This document shows positions 9,173 through 17,481 of a stretch of 64,000 nucleotides of DNA, piece by piece. Location: IMG/VR virus record IMGVR_UViG_3300028654_000009; one strand, written 5' to 3'. The translations under genes and the position numbers were made by a program. Source of the stretch: a virus. The notes below the pieces were generated by a model. It saw only the letters and a program-made list of their open reading frames with translations. It searched no databases and was not told the origin of the DNA. Position 1 is the first letter of the stretch. Each line of letters opens with the position of its first letter.

Positions 9173-10129
9173 TTAGGCGAGGAACTTGGCGATATCGTCA
9201 ATTCCTGCGGACCCAACAACAAACTTGTTGATGAGGTCTCGGTCAGATTTGGCAAGCTTCGAAGAGGAGGTTGCCTTGTTGAGCTTCTCAATCACTTGCG
9301 ACTTCGTAAGCGACCGGGGATCAACAGGGGCCTTCTCGGCCGGCTTATCGGTGGTACCAGGCTTGCTGATGTAGGAAATCCCAGCGACAGACTTCCGCAT
9401 GACCTGGCGCTTGGTCACCATATCGGTGATTGCCTTGATGGTCTCGGCCATGGCCACTTCCTGCTTGGCAAGCTGGTCGTCCTTCTCTTTGATCGACTTG
9501 CGCAGCTTGCTGATTTCAGACATCTGAGACTTGGCCATTCCGCCGTTCCCGTCATTGGGAGTCCCAGTGCTGATTTCGCCCTTGCCGATTCCCGGCGGAG
9601 GACCGCCAGCTCCCGGCGGAGGACCGCCGGCCGAAGCCTCGGGGCCCGGGGGAGGGCCGGCCGATGCGTCAGGGCCCGGAGGGCCTGCAGAGGCCTCAGG
9701 ACCGCCCGCCTCGGGGCCGCCACCCTGCGATTCCATCGCCATGAGGGCGGCGTGGGCTGCCATCAGGTGCATCTTCAGCTCTTCAGGCGGGAGCTTCATG
9801 TACTCGGCCTGGAGTGCTTCCGGAGTGGCGCCGGCATCTGTCGCCGGGTCCTGGCCGCCGTCTGGACCGCCGTCCATCGGGGGCGCTGAGCCCTCGGCAG
9901 AAGCGTCGGCAGAAGCGTCGGGAGCGCCAGAATCCTCGGGACCGGCGCTCGACTGCTCGCCCGGAGGTCCGTCAGTCGCGCTTCCGTCCGGAGTGGTCTC
10001 GGCAGTGGTCTCTTCGCCAGGGTCGGCCTTGGAAAGGGTCACTTCCTCCGTATCGGACTTGAGCATGACGGCGACATCGTTAGTCACCTGCTCAAGCAAC
10101 TTGTTGATTTGAGATTTCGAGAGCTTCAT
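9173..10129 (-). CDS. Capsid scaffold/assembly protein
   Basis: Acidic, P/G-rich with coiled coil, directly upstream of MCP. Many [LM]xK[SA] motifs. Confidence 0.75.
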   Translation of the reverse strand: MKLSKSQINKLLEQVTNDVAVMLKSDTEEVTLSKADPGEETTAETTPDGSATDGPPGEQSSAGPEDSGAPDASADASAEGSAPPMDGGPDGGQDPATDAGATPEALQAEYMKLPPEELKMHLMAAHAALMAMESQGGGPEAGGPEASAGPPGPDASAGPPPGPEASAGGPPPGAGGPPPGIGKGEISTGTPNDGNGGMAKSQMSEISKLRKSIKEKDDQLAKQEVAMAETIKAITDMVTKRQVMRKSVAGISYISKPGTTDKPAEKAPVDPRSLTKSQVIEKLNKATSSSKLAKSDRDLINKFVVGSAGIDDIAKFLA

Positions 10130-10162
10130 TAGGTTGTCCTTCCTTGAGGGTTGGGACCCTAA

Positions 10163-10633
10163 TTAGGTGGTCGAGAGGGTGTTCCAGATCGGAGCCCAGG
10201 TCGACTTCAGGTTACCTGCGATCATTGCGGTCGTCGAAGGCACGGTACCGTTGGCAGTCTGGTAGGTATTGATATAAGCGCCAGTGCGGCCCGCGTCGGC
10301 ATAGAGCAGAGCGAGGTCGCCGAGGACATCGATATCTGCGCCAGCGCCCGAGGAGATATTCGACTCGGTGCAGACGTTGATGATGGTCGGGCAGTAGACC
10401 TGCGCGGCGTTGCCGAAGATGTCGGTGCTCACCGGCGCACTGGCCGGCGTGGTCTTCACAACAATGACCTTCTTACCGGCGGCCGGCGAAGAGTCAGAGC
10501 TGAGAACGGTGTAAGGATTCAAGTCGGTGTCGACGAAATCGTTCGAGACCGGATAGTTGGTCGCCAGACGCAGCTTGAGGTTTTCAACCAGCTGCCGGTG
10601 AAGCGTCGCAACCTTGTAGTTCGTAGTGGCCAT
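10163..10633 (-). CDS. Putative head structural/decoration protein
   Basis: 156 aa, T/S/A-rich. AAGGAG SD. First gene of the scaffold-MCP unit, with AATCT at 10695-10699 upstream. Confidence 0.55.
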   Translation of the reverse strand: MATTNYKVATLHRQLVENLKLRLATNYPVSNDFVDTDLNPYTVLSSDSSPAAGKKVIVVKTTPASAPVSTDIFGNAAQVYCPTIINVCTESNISSGAGADIDVLGDLALLYADAGRTGAYINTYQTANGTVPSTTAMIAGNLKSTWAPIWNTLSTT

Positions 10634-10704
10634 TTAGGGAATCTCCTTGAAAGTTTGAAGTGAGCCCCTCTAGGGGCGTTTCGGATACAAACTTAGATTC
10701 CTAC

Positions 10705-10732
10705 TTGACACTGGCTACGAATAATGTATAAT
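10705..10732 (+). promoter_or_regulatory. Consensus sigma70 promoter of the endonuclease cassette
   Basis: TTGACA-N16-TATAAT. Confidence 0.8.
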
Positions 10733-10740
10733 TAATGGTT

Positions 10741-11085
10741 ATGTTTGAAGACAAGACGTATGAGCCGGTCACCTTTGAAACCCAACTGGAGTGCGCAGGT
10801 TGCCGCCTGCTCAAACACCACACTTTGTTCCATCAATACAGGCGGGAACGACAAAGAGTTTTTGCTAGTCGATGCAAGGCTTGCCGAAGGGAAGACCGCA
10901 TGACCAAGGTCTACCCGGAGGTCTGTGCCTGTTGCCTTCTCCATCGCCGCCTGGATAACAACCAACAGTGCAGAACCTGCAACTCTGAAGCTGGCCTGCG
11001 CGAATGCCGGGCCTGCAACAGGTTACTGCCCCTGTGGGCGTCGTTCTATGGCCGGAGCCGTAGGTGTAAGGAGTGTCGAAAATGA
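10741..11085 (+). CDS. Cys-rich zinc-finger protein
   Basis: Six CxxC pairs. Likely leaderless start at 10741. Confidence 0.6.
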   Translation: MFEDKTYEPVTFETQLECAGCRLLKHHTLFHQYRRERQRVFASRCKACRREDRMTKVYPEVCACCLLHRRLDNNQQCRTCNSEAGLRECRACNRLLPLWASFYGRSRRCKECRK

Positions 11086-11948
11086 GCGGCCGGCCTCCAG
11101 CGCTCGATCCGAAACATCTGGGCACCGTAATGGAGCTTTACGGCTCCGGGCTGGGAACTACCAAAATTGGAAAGCAACTAGGGGTAAGCTCCAGGGCGGT
11201 TCGCTACTTGATGAAACAGAGCGGCATCCCCCTCAGGAGGGATGATTTCGCCAAACTAGTTATCAATGACGGCTTCTTCGACGAAATTGACACGCCAGAG
11301 AAGGCATATTGGCTGGGCATATTGATTACCGATGGGAATGTGTCTGGGACCCGAATAACGCTGAACCTGAAAGATCGGGAGCATCTGGTAAAGTTCGCTG
11401 AAGCTCTAGGAGGCGGCCAGACACTATCTATCAAAGCAAAACACAAACAAATGGAAGGTCGGGATGTGGTTTGCTTCAACCTCCAGTTTAGAAGCAAACA
11501 CATGGCCGGAGCGCTGTCAAAATACGGGGTCGTCCCTCGCAAAAGTGCAACATCATACCCATGGAACGGTCCGGCTGAATTGATGCCACACTTTTGGAGA
11601 GGGTGTGTGGACGGCGATGGGTGGATTACTGAGATAAAGCCAGGTAGGTTTGCTATTGGTCTGTGTGGAACAAAAGCGATGACACAAGCGTTCTCAGACT
11701 TTTCTTATTCTGTCACTGGGGTTGCTCACAAAATCAAAGCACAGGGCAACATTTTTGTTTGCAGCGTCGGCAGCATAGAGGTGGTCCGAAAGTTGGCAAT
11801 TTGCCTGTATGGAAACCTAGATAAGGCTAGTAGCCTTGACAGAAAGCTGGATAAAGCTATTTTGGCGATGGGGGCTTTGGTCCAGCAACCCCCGCCTGGG
11901 CGCCCGAAGAAGGCAAAGCCCCAGCTGGTGGGGCCCCAGAATCAATAG
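11082..11948 (+). mobile_element. Free-standing LAGLIDADG homing endonuclease with N-terminal HTH
   Basis: AYWLGILITDGNV and HFWRGCVDGDGWI motifs. Antisense to the structural operon. Confidence 0.85.
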
Positions 11949-14900
11949 GCATAGGTCCTTCATGTCCTGGTACCAAACTGTGGACAAAATTCGGAGTTTT
12001 TTGAGGCGAGTACATTGCTTTCCGTTTTGTCCCCAAAACCTTGTTGAACAGGCTCGGTGCTGCAAACTTTTGCTCCTTTGCCATACCCAAAGCTTTGTCT
12101 GCTGTTTCGAAGTTGTGGCCGAGACCAAACGACATTGACAGCTTGTGCTGGCCATTGACCGGAGGAAGGGCTTCCAACCCGGCCTTTGCGTGTCGGATAA
12201 ATTGCGCTGCGTGCTCGTGCGTAGGTGCCCAGAACGACATTTCGTCTCCTCCGCTGCGCCATGCCTTCCCCGTCCCCACCTTAGCCGCTGCATCACGAAA
12301 CGCTCCGCCCATAGCCTTGATAGCACTGTCGCCAGCATCGTGACCGTGGATGTCGTTCACCTGCTTGAAGCTGTTCCCGTCAGCGGACACCCAAACACCA
12401 GGCCGGTTCTCCTCGCGAAATTCCGACGCAGCCCTCTTGTTACCGATGCCCGGTATCATCGGGTCGCCGTAAAATCCATGAACCAGGGCTCTGGTAATCG
12501 GGTGGTCGTGCCCATGAATCTGACGTGCCTGAGCGATAGCCGTACGGTGATCGGGCACCGTAGGCTCGGGGGGCAGGTGTAGGGTCTCCTCGTCCTTCCT
12601 CATTTCGGAAGACATTTTCTTGTATCGCACAGTACCAATTCCGGTCTTGGCATTGTGTAAGATTAGCTGAAGTTCGCCCTCGGTCAAGGCGTGGCCGTCC
12701 ATCGCTGCTCCATGCGGCCCAAACTCAATCGTGTGTGGCTTGACCATGCCCGGTCGGTGGAACTCGAACACCGAATTAGGCTTCGGCATCGGCATTTTCA
12801 TGACCGTCAGCTCTGGAACCGGATTGGGCTTCGCGACCTCGGTGGAGGGGGTCGTTTCGGTGACCGAGAAATTGGGACTCCACTTGAGGCCATGAAGCCC
12901 AGCGATAGCCGAAGCGTCCATCTTGCCCTCGGGAACCATTGCATGCAGAAGGCCGTGGTAGTCTTCCAGGTGGTGGACGACATCACGACTGACCGAGAAC
13001 CGGCCCGCCGGGTGAATTTTGTCGCCATGCTTGATGCCTACCGAATAGATAGTCGGCATATCAATTTTGGGCTCAATGGCGTCCGCAATATCTTTCCTCA
13101 GGTCGATGAGAGCTGCTTCCATCTCCCTGGCCTTGGCCAAGAACTCCATGTTCTGGCCATTCCTCTCTCGATGCTCGGCAGCTTCGAGGAGCTTGGGGAC
13201 CAAGTGGTGATAATACAAGAACTGAGCGGGGATCTCTCCGTACTTTTCCACATAGCTTTGGTGAACCAATGCCGTGCGCAAAGACGTTCCGGAATCGGGC
13301 TCGTCACTCTTCTGGACCGGATCAATCCAAGGCTTGATAGAGTCCCAAAATGGTTCATGGTGGGTCCCCGACTGCTTGCCCTTGTTGGTCATACCCACAA
13401 ACTGCTCGTGCGGACGAATCGTAATCCAGTGTCGCCAGAAAGCAGGGAACAAGGCGTCCTTGGGGTCCTCGAACGTTGAACCCCACTTTGGGTGATTAAG
13501 AGTGTATTTTACGGCCGGGTGGTTCTTGGCGTACCAGTCGTTATACGGCCTCATTATGGTATCGATGTTGTTGGGGTTCCACAGCATGTTCTTCAGGTAA
13601 GTGAGGGTCCGCTTATCTTTCATTACGTGCAGACCGAACATGTTGCGGATAAAGTGAGTATCAGGTACAACCGAGTCGCCACCACCCAACATCCCATAGG
13701 TGTAAAGACCAGTTTTGACCGCAAGACCCGGGACAGCGGTAAACGGAGACTCCCCTGGGTCAGGTTTACCCAGCAGTTTAGCTCGCTCACGCTTGGCCTC
13801 CCACAGTTGACCCTTGTGTTTGTTTCCCATTAGCTCGGAAACGGCGTCGAGGGCGTGATGACGGTGTCGGGATACCAGGTCGACGAGACCGTGATGCAAA
13901 GAATGATAACGAGATAAGTTTTTGAATGACCCTTCCATCAGGGGAGTCGTGCCGGGCAGCTCGCCAGCATACCGACCAGCGGCCGTTGGGTCGCCTGGGA
14001 ACTCTCCCCATTCATCGTGGCGAATACCGATACGGTTGCCCACATAATAGGCCGGGTTTGTAGCGAACGCTTCTTTACCGGTCTCGGGCAGCGTATTCGG
14101 AGAGTCCAATTCTCTGAATTTTGGCTCAATCGCCGAGAAGCCCGGATTTCTCGGATCAAGACCGGTGGCGTGCATGGCGTCCACAAGTCTAGCGTACTGT
14201 AGCTCCTGCACCGGGACCGGCCGATTCGGAGACAGCTGGGCAAACATCACGGCATGCATGATGACCTCTGGCGGTAACTTACCGGCCTTGATCAACTTAT
14301 GAACCTTGCTCCAGTTGGTCATAGCAGTGTCCATGGCCTTTTCGACTTCTGGAGACTTCAACAATTTCTCATAATTCGCAGCCGATTCTGGGCCATCATC
14401 AGAGGGGAGATAGGCTTTGAAACTTCCCATGGGGGTCCGCAAAACGCCTTTTTTGGGATCAAAAGAGGGGTGTTTGACAGATGGATTGGGGCGTATTTTG
14501 GTTCCTCGGAAGGTGGCAGCCGTAAATTTTGGGGCCTTAGCTTCTTCCTGTTCACTGTCGTCGAAATCCTCAAGGATCGGCTTGTCGGGTTTCGGGGCCT
14601 CCGGGGGCGTCGCAGGCGCGTCGCCCTCTCGCTTAGCCAGAGACTTCTTTACGGTGTACGCCTCCGCGATGTCGGCAAAGTGATTGAGAAAATCGTCCGA
14701 CACTTCCGGGAGCTTCGCCTTGGCAAACCCCATGAACTCGCTCCGCGTAAATTTTCGATTACCGAAATCTCGCAAAACAGCCTTGCAGGTATTCCTGATT
14801 CGGTCGTCTACGTGTTCCTTCTGGAGAGCGGCGCCTCCAGTGAGAGAAGATGGAGCCCCTCCACCCATGCCGGCCTCTATCGCCTTGCGCACAGTCGAAA

Positions 14901-15579
14901 GAACCATCGCAGACCGAAGCAAATTGAGAGAAGCCTCGGCCTTGGAATCAATGATTTCGACCTCGGTCTCGTACCCTGATAGTTGGGCGTACTCGGGGTC
15001 GATTATGGACGTGTTTTCAGACTTCTTGAAGCCTTCGGGGGCGTTGGGGTCGGATAGCAGAATGGTGTCGCAAGCTTTGAGACAGGGTTTGATAGTAATC
15101 GCGACTCTGCGGAAGATGCATTGCTTGATAGTGTTACCCTCTTTCTTGAGGGTAGAGCCTTCGATGCTAAACCGACACAGGATCTTCTCGTCATTGGCCA
15201 CAGCGTCTCGAATTTGGGCGGCAACGGCCATGGCCTCGGCGTGTCCCGCTCCGTCATACAGACGGACTACCCCAAAAAGGTAGGGCACTCTGACCTGGTC
15301 CCAGAATTTCTCTTGCTCTGTGGTCTCGCAATCTCCCTTCTTGAAGATTTTTTTAACATAGATGACACGGCCAATGGTTTCCTTACCAAAGCCAGTTTCG
15401 GCGTCAACGTGTTCCCAGTTAACGGTAGCTGTCCCCTCTTCTGCACTAGAAATATCAATACCGTCTAGCTCGACAGTCTCACCGCTGCTATCAATAAGTT
15501 CAGCACTGAAGATGCCTCCCAGCAACATCCCAGTTTTGGATTCTTTCGGCTGGTCTCTTGGATTGCTCATGATATCCAA
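11857..15579 (-). CDS. Prohead protease polyprotein fused to an HhH-GPD glycosylase-like domain and a GGDEF diguanylate cyclase
   Basis: Protease motifs DSSGE, NWEH, FSIEGS and VAITIKPC. HhH VPGLAVKT...VVPDTHFIR. GGDEF motif ADGNSFKQVNDIHGHDAGD...RSGGDEM. The start may be the ATG at 15570. Confidence 0.85.
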   Translation of the reverse strand: MDIMSNPRDQPKESKTGMLLGGIFSAELIDSSGETVELDGIDISSAEEGTATVNWEHVDAETGFGKETIGRVIYVKKIFKKGDCETTEQEKFWDQVRVPYLFGVVRLYDGAGHAEAMAVAAQIRDAVANDEKILCRFSIEGSTLKKEGNTIKQCIFRRVAITIKPCLKACDTILLSDPNAPEGFKKSENTSIIDPEYAQLSGYETEVEIIDSKAEASLNLLRSAMVLSTVRKAIEAGMGGGAPSSLTGGAALQKEHVDDRIRNTCKAVLRDFGNRKFTRSEFMGFAKAKLPEVSDDFLNHFADIAEAYTVKKSLAKREGDAPATPPEAPKPDKPILEDFDDSEQEEAKAPKFTAATFRGTKIRPNPSVKHPSFDPKKGVLRTPMGSFKAYLPSDDGPESAANYEKLLKSPEVEKAMDTAMTNWSKVHKLIKAGKLPPEVIMHAVMFAQLSPNRPVPVQELQYARLVDAMHATGLDPRNPGFSAIEPKFRELDSPNTLPETGKEAFATNPAYYVGNRIGIRHDEWGEFPGDPTAAGRYAGELPGTTPLMEGSFKNLSRYHSLHHGLVDLVSRHRHHALDAVSELMGNKHKGQLWEAKRERAKLLGKPDPGESPFTAVPGLAVKTGLYTYGMLGGGDSVVPDTHFIRNMFGLHVMKDKRTLTYLKNMLWNPNNIDTIMRPYNDWYAKNHPAVKYTLNHPKWGSTFEDPKDALFPAFWRHWITIRPHEQFVGMTNKGKQSGTHHEPFWDSIKPWIDPVQKSDEPDSGTSLRTALVHQSYVEKYGEIPAQFLYYHHLVPKLLEAAEHRERNGQNMEFLAKAREMEAALIDLRKDIADAIEPKIDMPTIYSVGIKHGDKIHPAGRFSVSRDVVHHLEDYHGLLHAMVPEGKMDASAIAGLHGLKWSPNFSVTETTPSTEVAKPNPVPELTVMKMPMPKPNSVFEFHRPGMVKPHTIEFGPHGAAMDGHALTEGELQLILHNAKTGIGTVRYKKMSSEMRKDEETLHLPPEPTVPDHRTAIAQARQIHGHDHPITRALVHGFYGDPMIPGIGNKRAASEFREENRPGVWVSADGNSFKQVNDIHGHDAGDSAIKAMGGAFRDAAAKVGTGKAWRSGGDEMSFWAPTHEHAAQFIRHAKAGLEALPPVNGQHKLSMSFGLGHNFETADKALGMAKEQKFAAPSLFNKVLGTKRKAMYSPQKTPNFVHSLVPGHEGPMPIDSGAPPAGALPSSGAQAGVAGPKPPSPK

Positions 15580-15597
15580 CCAAGATTCGGCTGGAGC

Positions 15598-15801
15598 TTA
15601 ATTCGTCTCGAAACGGACAGCCGAAACGACGCGCTGGATCTGGACGTCTTCGACATCACAAGGAGCCAGGTCGTTCTTCCCGATGACATCCGCCCATTCG
15701 TCAAGCTCTTCTGGAGGCGGCGGTCTGAAGTCGTCGGCCACTTGGATCTCGTAAACGGAAGTGGCCATCTCCTGGACTACTACACGGTAGGTCTTACTCA
15801 A
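15598..15801 (-). CDS. Small hypothetical protein
   Basis: TTG start with GGGGAG SD. Fills the gap between MuF and the protease. Confidence 0.5.
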   Translation of the reverse strand: MSKTYRVVVQEMATSVYEIQVADDFRPPPPEELDEWADVIGKNDLAPCDVEDVQIQRVVSAVRFETN

Positions 15802-16573
15802 CGTCTCCCCCTTCTCTTTGTTGTTTGTATTCGTCGTGGTCCTTGGACTTGAAAGTGACGAAACCGTTGCTATTAAAACCAAATCCGGGCATGAGGATGG
15901 TCATGCTGCACCTACAATTTGGGTGCAGGACGGTACAGGGATGATCGTCGCCCCGCTTCCAGTAGCCTGAGCCCACCTCGGACAGTTTCCACACCCTGGG
16001 GGTAGTCTGGTCCGGCAAAAGGAACAAGCTCGTGCAGTCTTCGCACCGAGACTTGTCCCTGACCGTCACCCAAAACACTGTCGGGTCTTGCTGGCTGGTA
16101 GCCGCAGCGATTTTTGAGATTCCGTCAAGAGTGCCCATATTCCGAGCGCGGGTGGACTCTGTATCGACGATTCGGCGCACGTCCGACGTGACTTTACCCA
16201 TGACCTCGCCAAGCTCGTCACCCAGAACCTGGTGAAAATTGGCGCTTTCGCCTTTGGCCTCAGCATCATGAAGGGTGGCCTGGACCGTGTGTACGATTTT
16301 GGCCTTCGCCAGCTCACGGTGAGCGTCGAGGTATTGTTCGGCGACGGATTTCAGGCTGTCCCGAAGCTTCTCCGAGGGAGTAAACCCTTCGCTCCTGGTG
16401 GCGTTGTCAAACAGCCCTGGGAGGCTCAGGGTGTCGTTGTGAAGCTTGACACCCACACGGATAGTCTTGTCCTTGCCTGGACCCAGGAAACGCTGTTTAG
16501 CCCTCTGGAATAGGCCGTCGATCGCCGCGTGAATGGCGTTGATGGCCTTCTTCGTGAGGATGAACCGAGGCAC
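15794..16573 (-). CDS. MuF-like minor head/head morphogenesis protein
   Basis: TE..RA.N.G, D...C..C and HPNCRC motifs. Confidence 0.8.
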   Translation of the reverse strand: MPRFILTKKAINAIHAAIDGLFQRAKQRFLGPGKDKTIRVGVKLHNDTLSLPGLFDNATRSEGFTPSEKLRDSLKSVAEQYLDAHRELAKAKIVHTVQATLHDAEAKGESANFHQVLGDELGEVMGKVTSDVRRIVDTESTRARNMGTLDGISKIAAATSQQDPTVFWVTVRDKSRCEDCTSLFLLPDQTTPRVWKLSEVGSGYWKRGDDHPCTVLHPNCRCSMTILMPGFGFNSNGFVTFKSKDHDEYKQQREGGDVE

Positions 16574-16574
16574 G

Positions 16575-16733
16575 TTACGGCTTCGGGGACTTCGAGACCT
16601 TGCTCTTGACCCAGCTCCACACCTTGGCCGGGAAGGCGAAGTTGTGCCAAATAGCTAGCGAAGAGAAGACCAGCAGGGCGCCGATGCAAGAGAAAAACCC
16701 GATGTAGATGAGAACGGTAAAAATTAGTTCCAT
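16575..16733 (-). CDS. Small single-TM membrane protein
   Basis: Hydrophobic helix with a basic tail. AATCT-N6-ATG at 16740-16744. Confidence 0.55.
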   Translation of the reverse strand: MELIFTVLIYIGFFSCIGALLVFSSLAIWHNFAFPAKVWSWVKSKVSKSPKP

Positions 16734-16778
16734 CACCAGAGATTGGGGGTGCGCCACAATGCGGCGTAAAATAAGTTC

Positions 16779-16806
16779 TTGACATCTGAGATTATTTTGA
16801 TACTGT
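16779..16806 (+). promoter_or_regulatory. Sigma70-type promoter (leaderless)
   Basis: TTGACA-N16-TACTGT-N6-ATG(16813). Confidence 0.6.
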
Positions 16807-16812
16807 TAGGAC

Positions 16813-17094
16813 ATGTCAAACAACGAATTTGCCCGGACCTCTGATGCCATTCGGGAATACGTTCGCGTCGTTGGAGCGGAAAGCCCCGACAGCCCCTGGA
16901 TCGTGTCCCCGTACGATACCTGGGAGCGGAACCCCCACTATCAGGGTCCTGCGGTTCCCCACCCCGATGATTTCGACGACGAAGAGGCTCCGGCCTTCTT
17001 CATCAACCCGGCCCCCACTCCGGTTCCCTCTACGGACTACCCGGTCCCGGCCGGGCTCATCTTCGACCCGTTCGACAACGGAATTGATTTTTAG
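16813..17094 (+). CDS. Small acidic hypothetical protein
   Basis: WIVSPYDTWERNPHYQGP motif. Has its own promoter. Confidence 0.65.
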   Translation: MSNNEFARTSDAIREYVRVVGAESPDSPWIVSPYDTWERNPHYQGPAVPHPDDFDDEEAPAFFINPAPTPVPSTDYPVPAGLIFDPFDNGIDF

Positions 17095-17096
17095 TC

Positions 17097-17300
17097 ATGG
17101 CCGGCTACACCGACTGCGCCTGCGACACCTGCTTCGAAATCGCCATTGGGAAGCAAGGGGAAGCCTTGTGCTGCCTGTGCGAGGAGGCTGGGTGCGACCC
17201 CTCAAGCGGGCTCTGCTACGTGGAGGAGGATTCCCAGGAAGAAATTGAGGAGGGGCTTATGAACCCCTACGGAAAGCTAATCTGTCCCAAAGGGGGCTGA
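17097..17300 (+). CDS. Small Cys-rich acidic protein
   Basis: CxCxxC and CCxC motifs. Follows the previous gene by 2 nt. Confidence 0.5.
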   Translation: MAGYTDCACDTCFEIAIGKQGEALCCLCEEAGCDPSSGLCYVEEDSQEEIEEGLMNPYGKLICPKGG

Positions 17301-17479
17301 GGCGGAGCGTATAAAAGCGATTCCCCTTGCGCGTCCGAGAGCCATTCCAAAAGGAAGCGCTCTTTGCGACGCGCATCTCCGCGTGCGTTTTGTCCCAACA
17401 TGCCTCGGGAGATGGCAGTCTCTATGGCGGCGTCGAGGCCCATTGACTTTACGACTTTGTCGAGGGCCTTGACCGTCAT
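17267..17479 (-). CDS. Small hypothetical protein
   Basis: ATG immediately after the portal stop codon. Confidence 0.45.
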   Translation of the reverse strand: MTVKALDKVVKSMGLDAAIETAISRGMLGQNARGDARRKERFLLEWLSDAQGESLLYAPPQPPLGQISFP

Positions 17480-17481
17480 TA

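Noticed and set aside
12238-12370. Hypr-type cGAMP-producing GGDEF
   Set aside because: The specificity position in GHxxG[D/S] is Asp, which is typical of c-di-GMP synthases.
15794-16573. MuF polymorphic toxin
   Set aside because: The protein ends shortly after HPNCRC with no C-terminal toxin extension.
16426-16785. ORF behind an AATCT at 16789-16793
   Set aside because: The spacing is only 3 nt, and the frame overlaps two better-supported genes.
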